A program made the position numbers and the translations under genes. Under the pieces are notes generated by a model, which worked only from the letters and a program-made list of their open reading frames with translations, had not been told where the DNA came from and did no database searches. A stretch of 64,000 nucleotides of DNA from an uncultured Candidatus Saccharibacteria bacterium (GTDB lineage Bacteria; Patescibacteriota; Minisyncoccia; Phycocordibacterales; UBA6899), in the NCBI GenBank assembly GCA_964515375.1, contig CAZERF010000002.1:29164-93163 (forward strand), in the 5' to 3' direction. Below, one piece after another: positions 17,674 through 27,534 of the stretch (position 1 is its first letter; each line of letters starts with the position of its first letter).

Positions 17674-20265
17674 ATGAAACGCATGCAAAAAAAGACATTC
17701 ATCACACCGTTCATCTTTCTTTCCCTCCTTTTCGGGGCACTCTTCCCGACGAGCGTCGCACTTGCAGCAAATGAACCGTCAGCAGAAAATCCATGGTGTG
17801 TCATCCAGCAAGACGGCACCGCGGGAGAATGTTTTGCAACAGTAGCCATTTGCGGCCCGGCAAGCGGAGGTGCGGGTTGCGAAAACTATAATGATTTCAA
17901 ACCTGCCGTTCAACAATCTTACGAGAATGCGGCCTCGCTTCCTGAGAGGGCAATGGACTCTGCACTGTCGGGAATCTCCGGTTTGGTCATGGATGGAATT
18001 GCGCTTATTGCCGAGTGGATAAATGGAATTGCGGCAATATTCCTCACTCAAATGGCGTATATTCTCGATGCGTCGATCGACATAACGATCAAATCGTCAG
18101 TATATGCCAACCTTGCCGTGGTGAACATTGGATGGACCGCGGTACGCGACTTCTCCAATATGTTCTTTATCTTCGCGCTCCTCTACATTGCGATCCTCAC
18201 CATCCTCGGCCTCGCAGGATCCAACACCAAACGCTGGGTCGCACACTTGATCATCGGCGCACTCCTCATCAACTTCAGCCTCTTTGCAACCAAGGTCGTC
18301 ATCGACGCGGGCAACGTTCTTGCGGTCGGCTTCTGGGAAAAGCTGAAGTCAGACCAAGGCAGCGAAGAGATCAATAGTGCTGCGGCACATTTCATGCAGG
18401 GATTCAAGATTCAGACCGTTTACTCCAACACTGACGCAAAGGCGAACGGAGGAGCGGGAGAGACACTCAAGTTGGACAGCTCAACACGCGCAATGATCTT
18501 TCTTGGCGGTGCGATCATGATGTTCATCGCGGGATACCTTTTCTTGGCGGGAGCTATCATGATGATCGTCCGCACCGTCACGCTGATCCTCCTCATGATC
18601 TTCTCTCCTTTTGCCTTCCTCGGATTTGCTCTTCCTAAGGGAGGAGGGTTCGCGCACACATGGTTGAACAAGCTGATCGGCTCCACCTTTGTCGCACCCG
18701 CCTTCATCTTTATGCTCTACTTAAACGCGCTCATCATCAGCTCGCTTGATGACGAGAAACTCACGAGTGCCGCCGGTTCAAATGCCTCCGCCGCTTTCTT
18801 GGGCTCTGCGGCTAACTTTGCCGTTATCCTCAACTTCGTCACCATGGCCATCCTCCTCCTCTCCTCCATCACGGTCGCGAACGCCGTTTCGTCGGGCGCG
18901 GGGACACAAGCCGGATCGTGGTCCAAGAAGCTCCTCGGATACGGTGGCGGTCTCGCCGTCGGTGCGGCGGGCATTGCGGGTGGACGCCTTGGAAGACAGG
19001 TAGGTGGAAGTCTCGGGCGAGTCGCGCAAAATAGCAAAGCTGTTCAACGCCTTGCTGCGAAGGATAACTTGGTGCTCAGGAACTTTGGGAGAGCGGTACA
19101 AAAGACCGGGCAAAAGATGTCCGAAGGAACGTGGGATGTACGCAATACCGGCGCAATAAAGACAGCAAACAAGGGTCTTGCTCTCACAAACACAGGTATT
19201 ACCCTTCAGGGGACAGGGGAGGCAAGCAAGAAGAGCTTTACTACACACGGCGGCCTCGTAGGTGGAGCGGTCGCGGCCGGCACGACAGCAGCGCTAAGAA
19301 AGGCTGGGGCGAAAGAGTGGGTTGACCAAGAACCCCTCCGATTCCGCGGATCAAAGAACGAAGAAGAGCTCATTAAAGAGGCAAAGGAACGCTTCAAGGG
19401 TAACCCCAAAGCGCAAGAACTCTTCCTTAAGGATCATGGTGTTCAATTGGACGCCGCAAGAAACAAAGAGATCAGCAACGAGATCAAGCGAGAAGAACGC
19501 AAGAAAGAAAATGTTAAGGATATTGAGGAGAGACTCAAAACTCAAGCTGGTGTTGACCTGAAAGAGATCGGTAAGATGAAGCCGGAAGAGATCGAAGCGC
19601 TCAATAAAAAGATCGAAGAAAACATGGGGCAAATGGCGCCCGATGTCGCGGATAAATTTGTCAAAGAGTTTAGCGGTGCGCTTGAGAAGATCAGTGGCAA
19701 GGAGTATGCCGACATGGGTCAGAACTTCTTGAACCTTGCTCTTGTCCAGCGCGCAGCAAACGGCAAACACCTCGCCGAGGTCAATACTCGCCTTTCCGAT
19801 GGAACAATGGTGATGGACAAACCGCAAGAATACAGCGACAAACTCGCACAAACAGTCTTTACTCGTGGCACCGATGGCGGGAAGAGCTGGATGAGAAATC
19901 AAATGAGGCAAGGAAACTCGAGTCTCACCATCGACGGAGCAGGCGAACTGAACAAGGCGCTCGCTATTGCCGATGAGGACGAGCGTGAGAAGAGTATTCG
20001 AAATGCAATGAGCTTTATGTCTCATGACCAAGTTGCGGGGCTTCAAAATGACCAGCTCCTTGCGCTTGACCCCTACTTAACCGATGGACACTACAAAGCA
20101 ATGGGGACTAAAAAGCGCACAGAGCTCAAAAAATTGATTGAAGATCGTGACACAGCACAGAAAGCCGCGATCACCGCGCAGACCCAAGCCGCGCAAGCAG
20201 CCAAGGATGCGGCCGAAAAAACAAAGCGCGACGCCGCACTCGACGCAGAATCAAAGCTCGTATAA
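17674..20265 (+). CDS. VirB6/TrbL-like polytopic membrane protein of a T4SS-like system. Signal peptide and Cys-rich N-terminal region, then ≥6 TM helices and a long K/E-rich coiled-coil C-terminal tail.
   Basis: ATG at 17674 preceded by GGAGGAG. The ORF track starts at a TTG at 17644. The architecture (periplasmic N-domain, multi-TM core with long hydrophobic helices, charged C-tail of ~400 aa) matches Gram-positive VirB6 analogues (TcpH/PrgH-like). Its neighbours are VirB3- and VirB4-like genes. Assigned on topology and context, not by alignment. Confidence 0.5.
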   Translation: MKRMQKKTFITPFIFLSLLFGALFPTSVALAANEPSAENPWCVIQQDGTAGECFATVAICGPASGGAGCENYNDFKPAVQQSYENAASLPERAMDSALSGISGLVMDGIALIAEWINGIAAIFLTQMAYILDASIDITIKSSVYANLAVVNIGWTAVRDFSNMFFIFALLYIAILTILGLAGSNTKRWVAHLIIGALLINFSLFATKVVIDAGNVLAVGFWEKLKSDQGSEEINSAAAHFMQGFKIQTVYSNTDAKANGGAGETLKLDSSTRAMIFLGGAIMMFIAGYLFLAGAIMMIVRTVTLILLMIFSPFAFLGFALPKGGGFAHTWLNKLIGSTFVAPAFIFMLYLNALIISSLDDEKLTSAAGSNASAAFLGSAANFAVILNFVTMAILLLSSITVANAVSSGAGTQAGSWSKKLLGYGGGLAVGAAGIAGGRLGRQVGGSLGRVAQNSKAVQRLAAKDNLVLRNFGRAVQKTGQKMSEGTWDVRNTGAIKTANKGLALTNTGITLQGTGEASKKSFTTHGGLVGGAVAAGTTAALRKAGAKEWVDQEPLRFRGSKNEEELIKEAKERFKGNPKAQELFLKDHGVQLDAARNKEISNEIKREERKKENVKDIEERLKTQAGVDLKEIGKMKPEEIEALNKKIEENMGQMAPDVADKFVKEFSGALEKISGKEYADMGQNFLNLALVQRAANGKHLAEVNTRLSDGTMVMDKPQEYSDKLAQTVFTRGTDGGKSWMRNQMRQGNSSLTIDGAGELNKALAIADEDEREKSIRNAMSFMSHDQVAGLQNDQLLALDPYLTDGHYKAMGTKKRTELKKLIEDRDTAQKAAITAQTQAAQAAKDAAEKTKRDAALDAESKLV

Positions 20266-20280
20266 CACTCCCCACAAATC

Positions 20281-21033
20281 ATGATCACGATCACAGCACA
20301 GCAATGGACCGAACGGTTCAAAATACTCCCTGAAGAGATCAGACAGATATTGATGAACGAAGAAGATCAGCTTCCTGATCGCCTTGAACAGATTCTTGCT
20401 TCAGAAAACCTTGACGAACTACAACTCGAACGTCTTTCCCGTCTCACTGCCTATCTCCTCATGGGTTTTGTTCACCCGACAGAATTTGTCGAATCGATCA
20501 CAAAAGACTGCGAAGTTGAGAATGAAAGGGCGGTCATCATTGCACAAGAGATCAACAAAATGATCTTCAGTCCGGCAAAAAATGCGCTCCAGCTCGTCCA
20601 CGAGCACAACAAGAAAGATTCCAGCATAACAAACATCTCAACAAACAACACTCCGGTCTCAAGAGAATCTCATTTTACTCAAACGACCGCTCCTGCACCT
20701 TTGCCCCCCTCACCCCTCACGGCAGCAACATCCTCCGAAATGCCCGCCGTCGAGCCAAAACCTCACATCGGAAACATCTTTGAGGAAAAGTTGGGCGGAT
20801 CGTTCCGTGTAAAGAGCGACGAGGTTGCCTACACCGCTTCAAAGACAAAGGCCGATATTCCACCTATTCCGCGCGTCACTCCTCCCGTATCTTCAACGCC
20901 TTCCCCGATACCTGCCTCGCCTTCAGCACCTGCACCAGTGGCAACCCCTCCTCTCCCGCCGACACCACCGATGCCTCCGACCCCTCCTGCTCCAACAGCA
21001 AAGAATCCGGACCCTTATCGCGAAGCAGTCTAA
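20281..21033 (+). CDS. Hypothetical protein with Pro-rich C-terminus (…PPLPPTPPMPPTPPAPT…)
   Basis: ORF with protein-like N-terminal 110 aa and a low-complexity P/T/S tail. Stop 4 bp before the terminator hairpin. Confidence 0.6.
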   Translation: MITITAQQWTERFKILPEEIRQILMNEEDQLPDRLEQILASENLDELQLERLSRLTAYLLMGFVHPTEFVESITKDCEVENERAVIIAQEINKMIFSPAKNALQLVHEHNKKDSSITNISTNNTPVSRESHFTQTTAPAPLPPSPLTAATSSEMPAVEPKPHIGNIFEEKLGGSFRVKSDEVAYTASKTKADIPPIPRVTPPVSSTPSPIPASPSAPAPVATPPLPPTPPMPPTPPAPTAKNPDPYREAV

Positions 21034-21037
21034 CAAA

Positions 21038-21066
21038 AACACCGCCTCAAATGGCGGTGTTTTTGT
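21038..21066 (+). terminator. Rho-independent terminator (AACACCGCC-TCAAAT-GGCGGTGTT + T-run)
   Basis: Perfect 9-bp stem followed by TTTTGTT. Confidence 0.7.
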
Positions 21067-21589
21067 TGCCCTTCCCCACATTGTGTATTCAAAACACACA
21101 CAGAAAACGGAGAAACCGAGAGCGACTCCTTTCTCCGAGGCATGCATACCTGCCGAGAGCTAGACTTTCCGAGACCACAAAGGATCTCCGTTGGTTTTCC
21201 TATTCCTTGTACAAGGGCCGCCCTTGTACGGGGATTCTCCGATGTCCATCCTTGGACAACCCCACAGAAACCAAAACCAGACTTATGTACTTACGTAACA
21301 ATCCTTTTCTGGATTCCTCGATAAACCTCGGCGTGACGAAAGAATGCATCTCCATCCCTCTCACACACATTCCACTCTCCCCGCAGTCACTAGGCGACCT
21401 CAAATTCAAGGAGCAAGGTGACGACGAATTTGGAAGTACTCGGAGCGGTGCTTGGTGTCGTCAAAACATTCCATTTGGCAACCCGGCAAACAACGAAAAA
21501 TAGCTCGCCAACACGAAATGTTGAACAAAACAACCTTATGAACATTCAAAACCTCATCAGGATAAGCTATAATAAAGAGAGTCACGCAT

Positions 21590-22018
21590 ATGCAATTCCA
21601 AGTCCCACAATTTCTCGACGTCGAAGACAAGATCATTGGACCCTTTACGATCAAACAATTCATCTACCTTGCCGGCGGAGTCGGTATGGGATATATGCTG
21701 TATCGCTTCATACCCTATATCGGAGCGATTCTCGGTCTTGCGGTGATCGCACTCGGATGGGCACTCGGATTCTACAAGTACAATGGTAAGCCCCTTGTTC
21801 ACCTTGTTCAATCAGCCTTCCTTTACGCACAGAGTGGCCGGCTCTATATTTGGAAGCGGGCAAAGCGTCCAAACGAGGACATCCTCGACCTCTCCAACTT
21901 CAAGACGACCAAACGTACCAACGTGCTCACCAGTCAACATCACACAAGCAAACTTTCGGGAATGGCATGGTCCATTGGCCTCGACAAGAGCACGGAAGAA
22001 GAAGATGCGCTCACGTGA
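21590..22018 (+). CDS. PrgI/VirB3-like small membrane protein of T4SS
   Basis: N-terminus MQFQVPQFLDVEDKIIGPFTIKQFIYLAGG followed by two TM helices. The size and position immediately upstream of VirB4 are typical of the PrgI family (VirB3 analogue). Confidence 0.55.
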   Translation: MQFQVPQFLDVEDKIIGPFTIKQFIYLAGGVGMGYMLYRFIPYIGAILGLAVIALGWALGFYKYNGKPLVHLVQSAFLYAQSGRLYIWKRAKRPNEDILDLSNFKTTKRTNVLTSQHHTSKLSGMAWSIGLDKSTEEEDALT

Positions 22019-22045
22019 TTATTCGTTTTTTGATATACTCATACC

Positions 22046-22696
22046 ATGCCCATACCAGGAAAACCGACGCAGGATTTCATTCCGATCAAAGATATTCGGA
22101 ATGGTATCATCGTATTGAACGACGGGGGACTCCGTATGATCCTGATGACCTCATCGCTCAATTTTGGACTCAAATCCTCCGACGAACAAGCGGCGATCAT
22201 CATGCAATTCCAGAACTTTTTGAACTCGATCGAATTCCCGATCCAGATCTATATTCAATCAAAACGTCTCAATATCACCCCGTACCTCAAACTCCTTGAA
22301 GAACGCGAGCGCGTTCAACTCATCGATGCCATGAAGATCCAGGTACATGAATATATCAGCTTCATCAAGGACTTCACAGATCGCACAAACATCATGTCAA
22401 AGACCTTCTTTATCGTGATTCCTTATTCAGGAGGTCTGCAGCTCAAGAAGGGAAGCGGGGTCATGCTCGGATCCGCGGCCCCTGTTTCCAAAACAGCAAA
22501 GAAGGGAGGGTTGTCGGAAGACGAGATCAAGCGTTTCGAAGAAGCCCGCACTCAACTCGAGCAGCGTGTCGCCATTGTCGAACAAGGTCTCGCGCGATGT
22601 GATGTACGCACAACTCGCCTCGGCGACGAAGAGATCACGGAGCTCTTTTACAAGAAATTCAACCCCGGCGAGCTTGAGTCCGCCGTGCAAAACTGA
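22046..22696 (+). CDS. VirB4/TrbE-like ATPase, N-terminal region (separate ORF, possibly a frameshifted part of one virB4 gene)
   Basis: …DFIPIKDIRNGIIVLNDGGLRMILMTSSLNFGLKSSDEQAAII… matches the conserved N-terminal segment of Gram-positive-type VirB4 proteins (TcpF/PrgJ-like). Stop is 5 bp before the next ORF. Confidence 0.6.
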   Translation: MPIPGKPTQDFIPIKDIRNGIIVLNDGGLRMILMTSSLNFGLKSSDEQAAIIMQFQNFLNSIEFPIQIYIQSKRLNITPYLKLLEERERVQLIDAMKIQVHEYISFIKDFTDRTNIMSKTFFIVIPYSGGLQLKKGSGVMLGSAAPVSKTAKKGGLSEDEIKRFEEARTQLEQRVAIVEQGLARCDVRTTRLGDEEITELFYKKFNPGELESAVQN

Positions 22697-22701
22697 ACAC
22701 C

Positions 22702-24507
22702 ATGCCCAACGAAAACAAAGGATACGAGATGTTCAACACTCAAGGAGTACTCCCTTCAGACCTTTACGAGGCGGCAAATGTCGACCTGCGCGACATCTTG
22801 GCTCCTGCGGCGGTCAAGGTCGAGCGCAACGCGATCTCGGTCGGAGACAAGCTTCTTCGAACATTCTTCGTTATTTCCTATCCGCGCTTCCTCTCGCAAG
22901 ATTGGTTCACTCCGGTTATCAACCTCGACAAGGTCTACGATATCTCGATCATGATCCACCCCGTCGAGACCGAACTCGCGCTCCGCACCTTCCAGAAAAA
23001 AGTCGCCGAAGTCCAGAGTCAGATCAACGAACGCGAGCGCAAGGGATTTGTGCGTGACCCGGTGCTCGATGTTGCATACCAAGATCTCGAGGACCTCCGT
23101 GACAAGCTCCAACAAGCACAGGAGCACCTCTTTGACGTCGGGGTCTACATCACTCTATATGGAAGCGACAAGGGAGAGCTCGACAAGGTTGAAGGCGAGC
23201 TCCGTTCGATCCTCGACTCCAAGCTTGTCTACCTGAAGCCCGCTATTTTTCAACAAGAACAAGGGTACCGCAGCGTTCTCCCTATCATGAAAGACGAGCT
23301 CGAAGTACACTACAAACTCAATTCCGCGCCGCTTTCTTCTATTTTCCCCTTTGTCTCCTTTGACTTAACCACCGACAAAGGGATTCTTTGGGGAATCAAT
23401 CGCCACAACGCCTCTCTCGTTCTTTTTGATCGCTTTTCGATGCCCAACTACAACTCGGTCACCTTTGCGGTCTCCGGTTCGGGAAAATCCTACACAACCA
23501 AACTCGAGATCTTGCGCACGCTCATGTTCGATGCGGATGTGATCGTGATCGACCCGGAGCAAGAATACCAATTCCTTGCAGAGGCGACAGGGGGGCGTTA
23601 CTTCAACATCTCACTCACCTCAGAGCACCACATCAACCCCTTCGACCTTCCAATCCCGCGCGACGACGAATCACCTGCCGACGTGCTTCGCTCAAACACG
23701 ATCTTTTTGGTCGGACTCTTCCGCATCATGCTGGGCGGGCTCTCTCCGGAAGAAGACGCCATCATTGACCGCGCCATTGGTGAAACCTACGCCCTCAAAG
23801 ATATCCACCCGGACTCAAACTTCGCCAACATCGAACCGCCACTTCTCTCCGACTTTGAACTCGTTCTCTCGGGAATGGACGGAACAGAAAGCCTCTTGCA
23901 GCGTCTCGAAAAGTACACCCGCGGAACATGGTCAGGGTTCATGAACATGCCGACGAACGTCGACATCACCAAACGCTTCACTGTTTTCTCTGTGCGCAAC
24001 ATGGAAGACGACCTAAAGCCGGTCGCGGTCTATATCATCACCCACCACATCTGGACCGCCATCCGCAAAGAACTTCGCAAACGCCTTCTCGTCGTCGACG
24101 AAGCCTGGTGGATGATGAAATCCGAAGACACTGCATCCTTCCTCTTTGGCCTCGCAAAACGCGGCCGCAAATACTACCTCGGTATCGCGACGATCACCCA
24201 AGACGTCAACGACTTCTTGCGCTCACCCTACGGACTTCCGATCTTGACCAACTCCTCCATCCAGATCCTCCTCAAGCAGTCCCCGACAACGATTGACCTT
24301 GTCCAACAAACCTTCCACATCACCGACGAGGAGAAGTACCTACTCCTTGAGTCGGGGGTGGGAGAAGGACTCTTCTTTGCCGGACTCAAACACGTCGCGA
24401 TCAAGGTCTACGCATCCTACACCGAAGACCAGATCGTCTCCTCCGATCCGGCACAGATGCTCGCGATCGCCAAAGCGAAAAAAGACCTTGAAATGGCACA
24501 AGAATAA
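22702..24507 (+). CDS. VirB4/TrbE-like T4SS ATPase, central and C-terminal ATPase region
   Basis: Walker A AVSGSGKSYTTK and Walker B LLVVDEAWWMM. Conserved …RTFFVISYPRFL…DISIMIHP… middle segment. 601 aa. Confidence 0.85.
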   Translation: MPNENKGYEMFNTQGVLPSDLYEAANVDLRDILAPAAVKVERNAISVGDKLLRTFFVISYPRFLSQDWFTPVINLDKVYDISIMIHPVETELALRTFQKKVAEVQSQINERERKGFVRDPVLDVAYQDLEDLRDKLQQAQEHLFDVGVYITLYGSDKGELDKVEGELRSILDSKLVYLKPAIFQQEQGYRSVLPIMKDELEVHYKLNSAPLSSIFPFVSFDLTTDKGILWGINRHNASLVLFDRFSMPNYNSVTFAVSGSGKSYTTKLEILRTLMFDADVIVIDPEQEYQFLAEATGGRYFNISLTSEHHINPFDLPIPRDDESPADVLRSNTIFLVGLFRIMLGGLSPEEDAIIDRAIGETYALKDIHPDSNFANIEPPLLSDFELVLSGMDGTESLLQRLEKYTRGTWSGFMNMPTNVDITKRFTVFSVRNMEDDLKPVAVYIITHHIWTAIRKELRKRLLVVDEAWWMMKSEDTASFLFGLAKRGRKYYLGIATITQDVNDFLRSPYGLPILTNSSIQILLKQSPTTIDLVQQTFHITDEEKYLLLESGVGEGLFFAGLKHVAIKVYASYTEDQIVSSDPAQMLAIAKAKKDLEMAQE

Positions 24508-24514
24508 TCTGCAA

Positions 24515-24543
24515 CAGACCCCAAAACGGGGTCTGTTGTTTTC
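24515..24543 (+). terminator. Rho-independent terminator (CAGACCCC-AAAAC-GGGGTCTG + TTGTTTT)
   Basis: Perfect 8-bp GC-rich stem plus T-rich tail, 8 bp after the virB4 stop. Confidence 0.75.
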
Positions 24544-24612
24544 CGGCTGATTTATCAACACACATGATCATTTTCTCAAACACAAGAGAGTGAAATAAGA
24601 TATAATGGACAA

Positions 24613-25119
24613 GTGGGAACGATAACAGAAAAGGTCGTAAAAAAGCGCACACCTCTTGTTGCTCAGAGAAACACGTACATCGAGGAAAAGACTGCTGAAG
24701 CCAAGAAAAACGAAGTGCCAAAGGGTGGCTACATCCTCTTTTTTCTCGTGCTGGGGGTCGCGCTCATCGAAGACCTTCTCGACGGTGCATTCATTCTGCT
24801 TCAGCTTGTCGGGACCGGGCTTTCAGCAACGGCAGTCGGCGCGCCACTTGGAATGCCGATTGCCTTCCTCGCTGCGTTTGGCGAAAAGCTTGTTGGCCTC
24901 TTTGCAACAATGACTCTCCTTTTCTACTTCGGATTTATCGGTGGACGGCTCAGTTTGCGGTTGGCGATAATGAGTGTTGGGTTTATAATGGAGATGGTCC
25001 CATTCCTAAGTCTCCTTCCGTTCACCACGTTCACATTTGTATCCGCCTTCATGTTCGGTCGTATTTCAAAAAAAGTTCAAGGAAAGATCGTCGGAAAAAT
25101 GATTCCTAATAAAACGTAA
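24613..25119 (+). CDS. Small polytopic membrane protein (hypothetical, 4 TM)
   Basis: GTG start per the ORF track. Hydrophobic helices (YILFFLVLGVALI, PLGMPIAFLAAFG, LFATMTLLFYFGFIGG, VPFLSLLPFTTFTFVSAFMFG). Confidence 0.55.
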   Translation: MGTITEKVVKKRTPLVAQRNTYIEEKTAEAKKNEVPKGGYILFFLVLGVALIEDLLDGAFILLQLVGTGLSATAVGAPLGMPIAFLAAFGEKLVGLFATMTLLFYFGFIGGRLSLRLAIMSVGFIMEMVPFLSLLPFTTFTFVSAFMFGRISKKVQGKIVGKMIPNKT

Positions 25120-25137
25120 TTTAACGCATCATAAGTC

Positions 25138-26109
25138 ATGACTCGTATACATTTCATTATCGTTTCCCTCTTCTCCTCATTCGTATTCTTTCCGTCTGTC
25201 GCACTTGCGATCGACCTCATCACTATGAGTACGATCCCCGCGATTCCGGGGCCCAACCAAGAGGTGACTCTCACCATCAACTCATTTGCGGTAAATCTCA
25301 ACTCCTCCGAGATCGTTTGGTATGTCGACGGAGAACCGATGGCGCAAGGCATGGCAATGAAAAGCTTCTCCTTCCGCACCAAGGATTTTGGGAGTCCCTC
25401 CATCATCAACGCATCGATCGTCGGCCCGAACGGCACGATCGACAAACGTTTTGTCGTAGAGCCTTCCGAAGTTGATCTTCTTTGGGAAGCCAATACTATC
25501 ACCCCGCCCTTTTATAAAGGAAAAGCGCTCCCCACCTTCAAAAGCTTGGTGCGGGTGACTGCAATTCCCCGCAAGAATTCCCCTTCAAGCGACCCCTCAA
25601 CCTTTTATTATAAATGGACATACAACCGCATCCAAGGACTCGGCGAAGCACAAAGCATGAACAGTGTCACGATTCCAATGGGTTACCCCGACTCTCCGGT
25701 CCCCGTCAATGTTGAAGTCACCATGAAAGGCACTGACTGGAAAGCACCGGAATTCATGAATGTCGTACCCACAGAACCAAAAATCGTCTTTTACGAAGAA
25801 GCGCCACTTCTTGGTACGAATTTTTTTACCGCACTCACAAAAGGGTCTGAACGAGAAGGCAATCAAATCGCTCTCCGTGCCGTGCCGTATTTCTTCTCGA
25901 CCGAGAACCTTATTAACAACGATCTCGTCTACACATGGATAGTGAACGGAACGACACAAGCACGCGGTTTTGACCCGACCAAGCTTCAACTCCAAAAGTC
26001 AGGAAAGGGTGCCGAGAGCTTCAGTGTCAACCTTCGCATCCAAAACCCGAAGCGCATTCTTCAAGAAGCGCGTGCAGCAACAAGCATTACACTCCCTTCG
26101 GAGGAATAA
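25138..26109 (+). CDS. Secreted protein (hypothetical), 323 aa
   Basis: Signal peptide …FFPSVALA|ID. Beta-rich composition. No catalytic motifs recognised. Confidence 0.65.
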   Translation: MTRIHFIIVSLFSSFVFFPSVALAIDLITMSTIPAIPGPNQEVTLTINSFAVNLNSSEIVWYVDGEPMAQGMAMKSFSFRTKDFGSPSIINASIVGPNGTIDKRFVVEPSEVDLLWEANTITPPFYKGKALPTFKSLVRVTAIPRKNSPSSDPSTFYYKWTYNRIQGLGEAQSMNSVTIPMGYPDSPVPVNVEVTMKGTDWKAPEFMNVVPTEPKIVFYEEAPLLGTNFFTALTKGSEREGNQIALRAVPYFFSTENLINNDLVYTWIVNGTTQARGFDPTKLQLQKSGKGAESFSVNLRIQNPKRILQEARAATSITLPSEE

Positions 26110-26130
26110 TCATTTTTTGACAAACGGTAT

Positions 26131-27534
26131 ATGGACGAACAACAACAAAATAACAAAAAGAAGATCATTATTGTGGGTGGGGTGATCATTGCGCTTCTTC
26201 TTGTTCTCCTCGGTGTTCTCTTCTTCTTGCGCAACGAAGAAGGAGAAGGGGGGATCATGACCTCACTCTTTGGCAATCTTGGTATTGAGACCCCTCGCGA
26301 AGGGAACGCGCCGATCACTCCGGGAGATCCTTCTTCAAACGGAGAAAACAATGGGCAACAAAAAGAAGAAGAACCTCTTTTCCGACAACTCTCGACATTT
26401 CCCGTTGCGGGAGCAACCTCACTCGAGAGGGGAGAGAAGACTGTTGTGCGATTCATTGCGCGTGAGAACGGGTTTGTCTATGAAACGGATCCACGCACCG
26501 GGGTCGTCACCCAGCTCACCAATACAACCGTCCCCCGCATCCACGAGGCACGCTTTGCACTCGACGGAGGGGCAATCATCCTTCGCTATCTTCAGGTCGA
26601 AGATCGACTTCTAAAGAAAGAGAGCATTCGTACGTATCTTGCCTATCTTTCAGTCCCCGAATTTTCTGCAGAAAGCACCTCAACCAACCCTGTGCTCGGA
26701 CGGTTGACCGGGGATTTCCTTCCCGACAATATCACTGAACTCAGTGTTTCACCCGATGGGACGCAACTGTTTTACCTTCTCCCGATCGCAAACGGCGTTT
26801 CCGGAACGATTGTGAATATTCGCACCAAAGAAGCCCGTGAGATCTTTCGCAATTCCTTTAGCGAATGGATTCCTCAACTCTTGAATGACGGAACGATCAT
26901 CCTTACCACCAAGGCATCCGCGCGGTTTGAGGGTTATGTCTATCATTACGACCCCGACAAGAAGACTCTTTCTCGCGTGATCAGAAAAGTGCGCGGTGTC
27001 ACCTCATTTACCAACCCAACGGGCACACGCACCCTTTTCAATGAAATTACTCCAGGTTCTGTTCGCTTGAATGTGTGGACACAAGAGGGGTATCTCTATG
27101 ACGAAGAGGGGGTACGAGAGAGCATCACGATTCCCATTGCAACACTCCCTGAAAAATGCTCATGGGCAAAAAACAACGTCCGTATTTTTTGTGGCGCATC
27201 AATGGGCACCCCGCGCGGAGAGCTCCCCGATGAGTGGTATCAGGGCACAATGAGCTTCCAAGACACCTTCTGGACTGTCGACACGGACACTTCTGAGATC
27301 ACCTTTCTCGCGGACCCAACCAAGGAAGAGAAGGCTCTACGTTCATTTGACGTCATTTGGCCGTTCACGAGTGTTGATGAGCGCTACATGATCTTTACCA
27401 ACAAAACCGACATGAACCTCTGGTCATTCCGTATTCCGAAAGAAAAATACATGGAACAAGAGAAGGACACCTCAACCGAAGAGGAAGAATTGACCGAAGA
27501 CGAACTCAAAGATGCGGCCGGAAGCCAACTCTAA
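26131..27534 (+). CDS. N-terminally membrane-anchored protein with probable beta-propeller (TolB/PD40-like) ectodomain. Hypothetical.
   Basis: K-rich start, then TM (IIIVGGVIIALLLVLLGVLFFL). Repeated SPDG-type blades (LSVSPDGTQLFYL). Acidic C-terminus. Confidence 0.6.
   Translation: MDEQQQNNKKKIIIVGGVIIALLLVLLGVLFFLRNEEGEGGIMTSLFGNLGIETPREGNAPITPGDPSSNGENNGQQKEEEPLFRQLSTFPVAGATSLERGEKTVVRFIARENGFVYETDPRTGVVTQLTNTTVPRIHEARFALDGGAIILRYLQVEDRLLKKESIRTYLAYLSVPEFSAESTSTNPVLGRLTGDFLPDNITELSVSPDGTQLFYLLPIANGVSGTIVNIRTKEAREIFRNSFSEWIPQLLNDGTIILTTKASARFEGYVYHYDPDKKTLSRVIRKVRGVTSFTNPTGTRTLFNEITPGSVRLNVWTQEGYLYDEEGVRESITIPIATLPEKCSWAKNNVRIFCGASMGTPRGELPDEWYQGTMSFQDTFWTVDTDTSEITFLADPTKEEKALRSFDVIWPFTSVDERYMIFTNKTDMNLWSFRIPKEKYMEQEKDTSTEEEELTEDELKDAAGSQL

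Noticed and set aside
19351-20046. 231-aa minus-strand ORF
   Set aside because: Antisense to the K/E-rich C-terminal tail of the VirB6-like gene. A low-complexity mirror ORF.
21051-21503. 150-aa ORF in the 540-bp spacer
   Set aside because: Poor composition (R/P/S/T-rich). No RBS. It starts inside the upstream terminator. Treated as non-coding.
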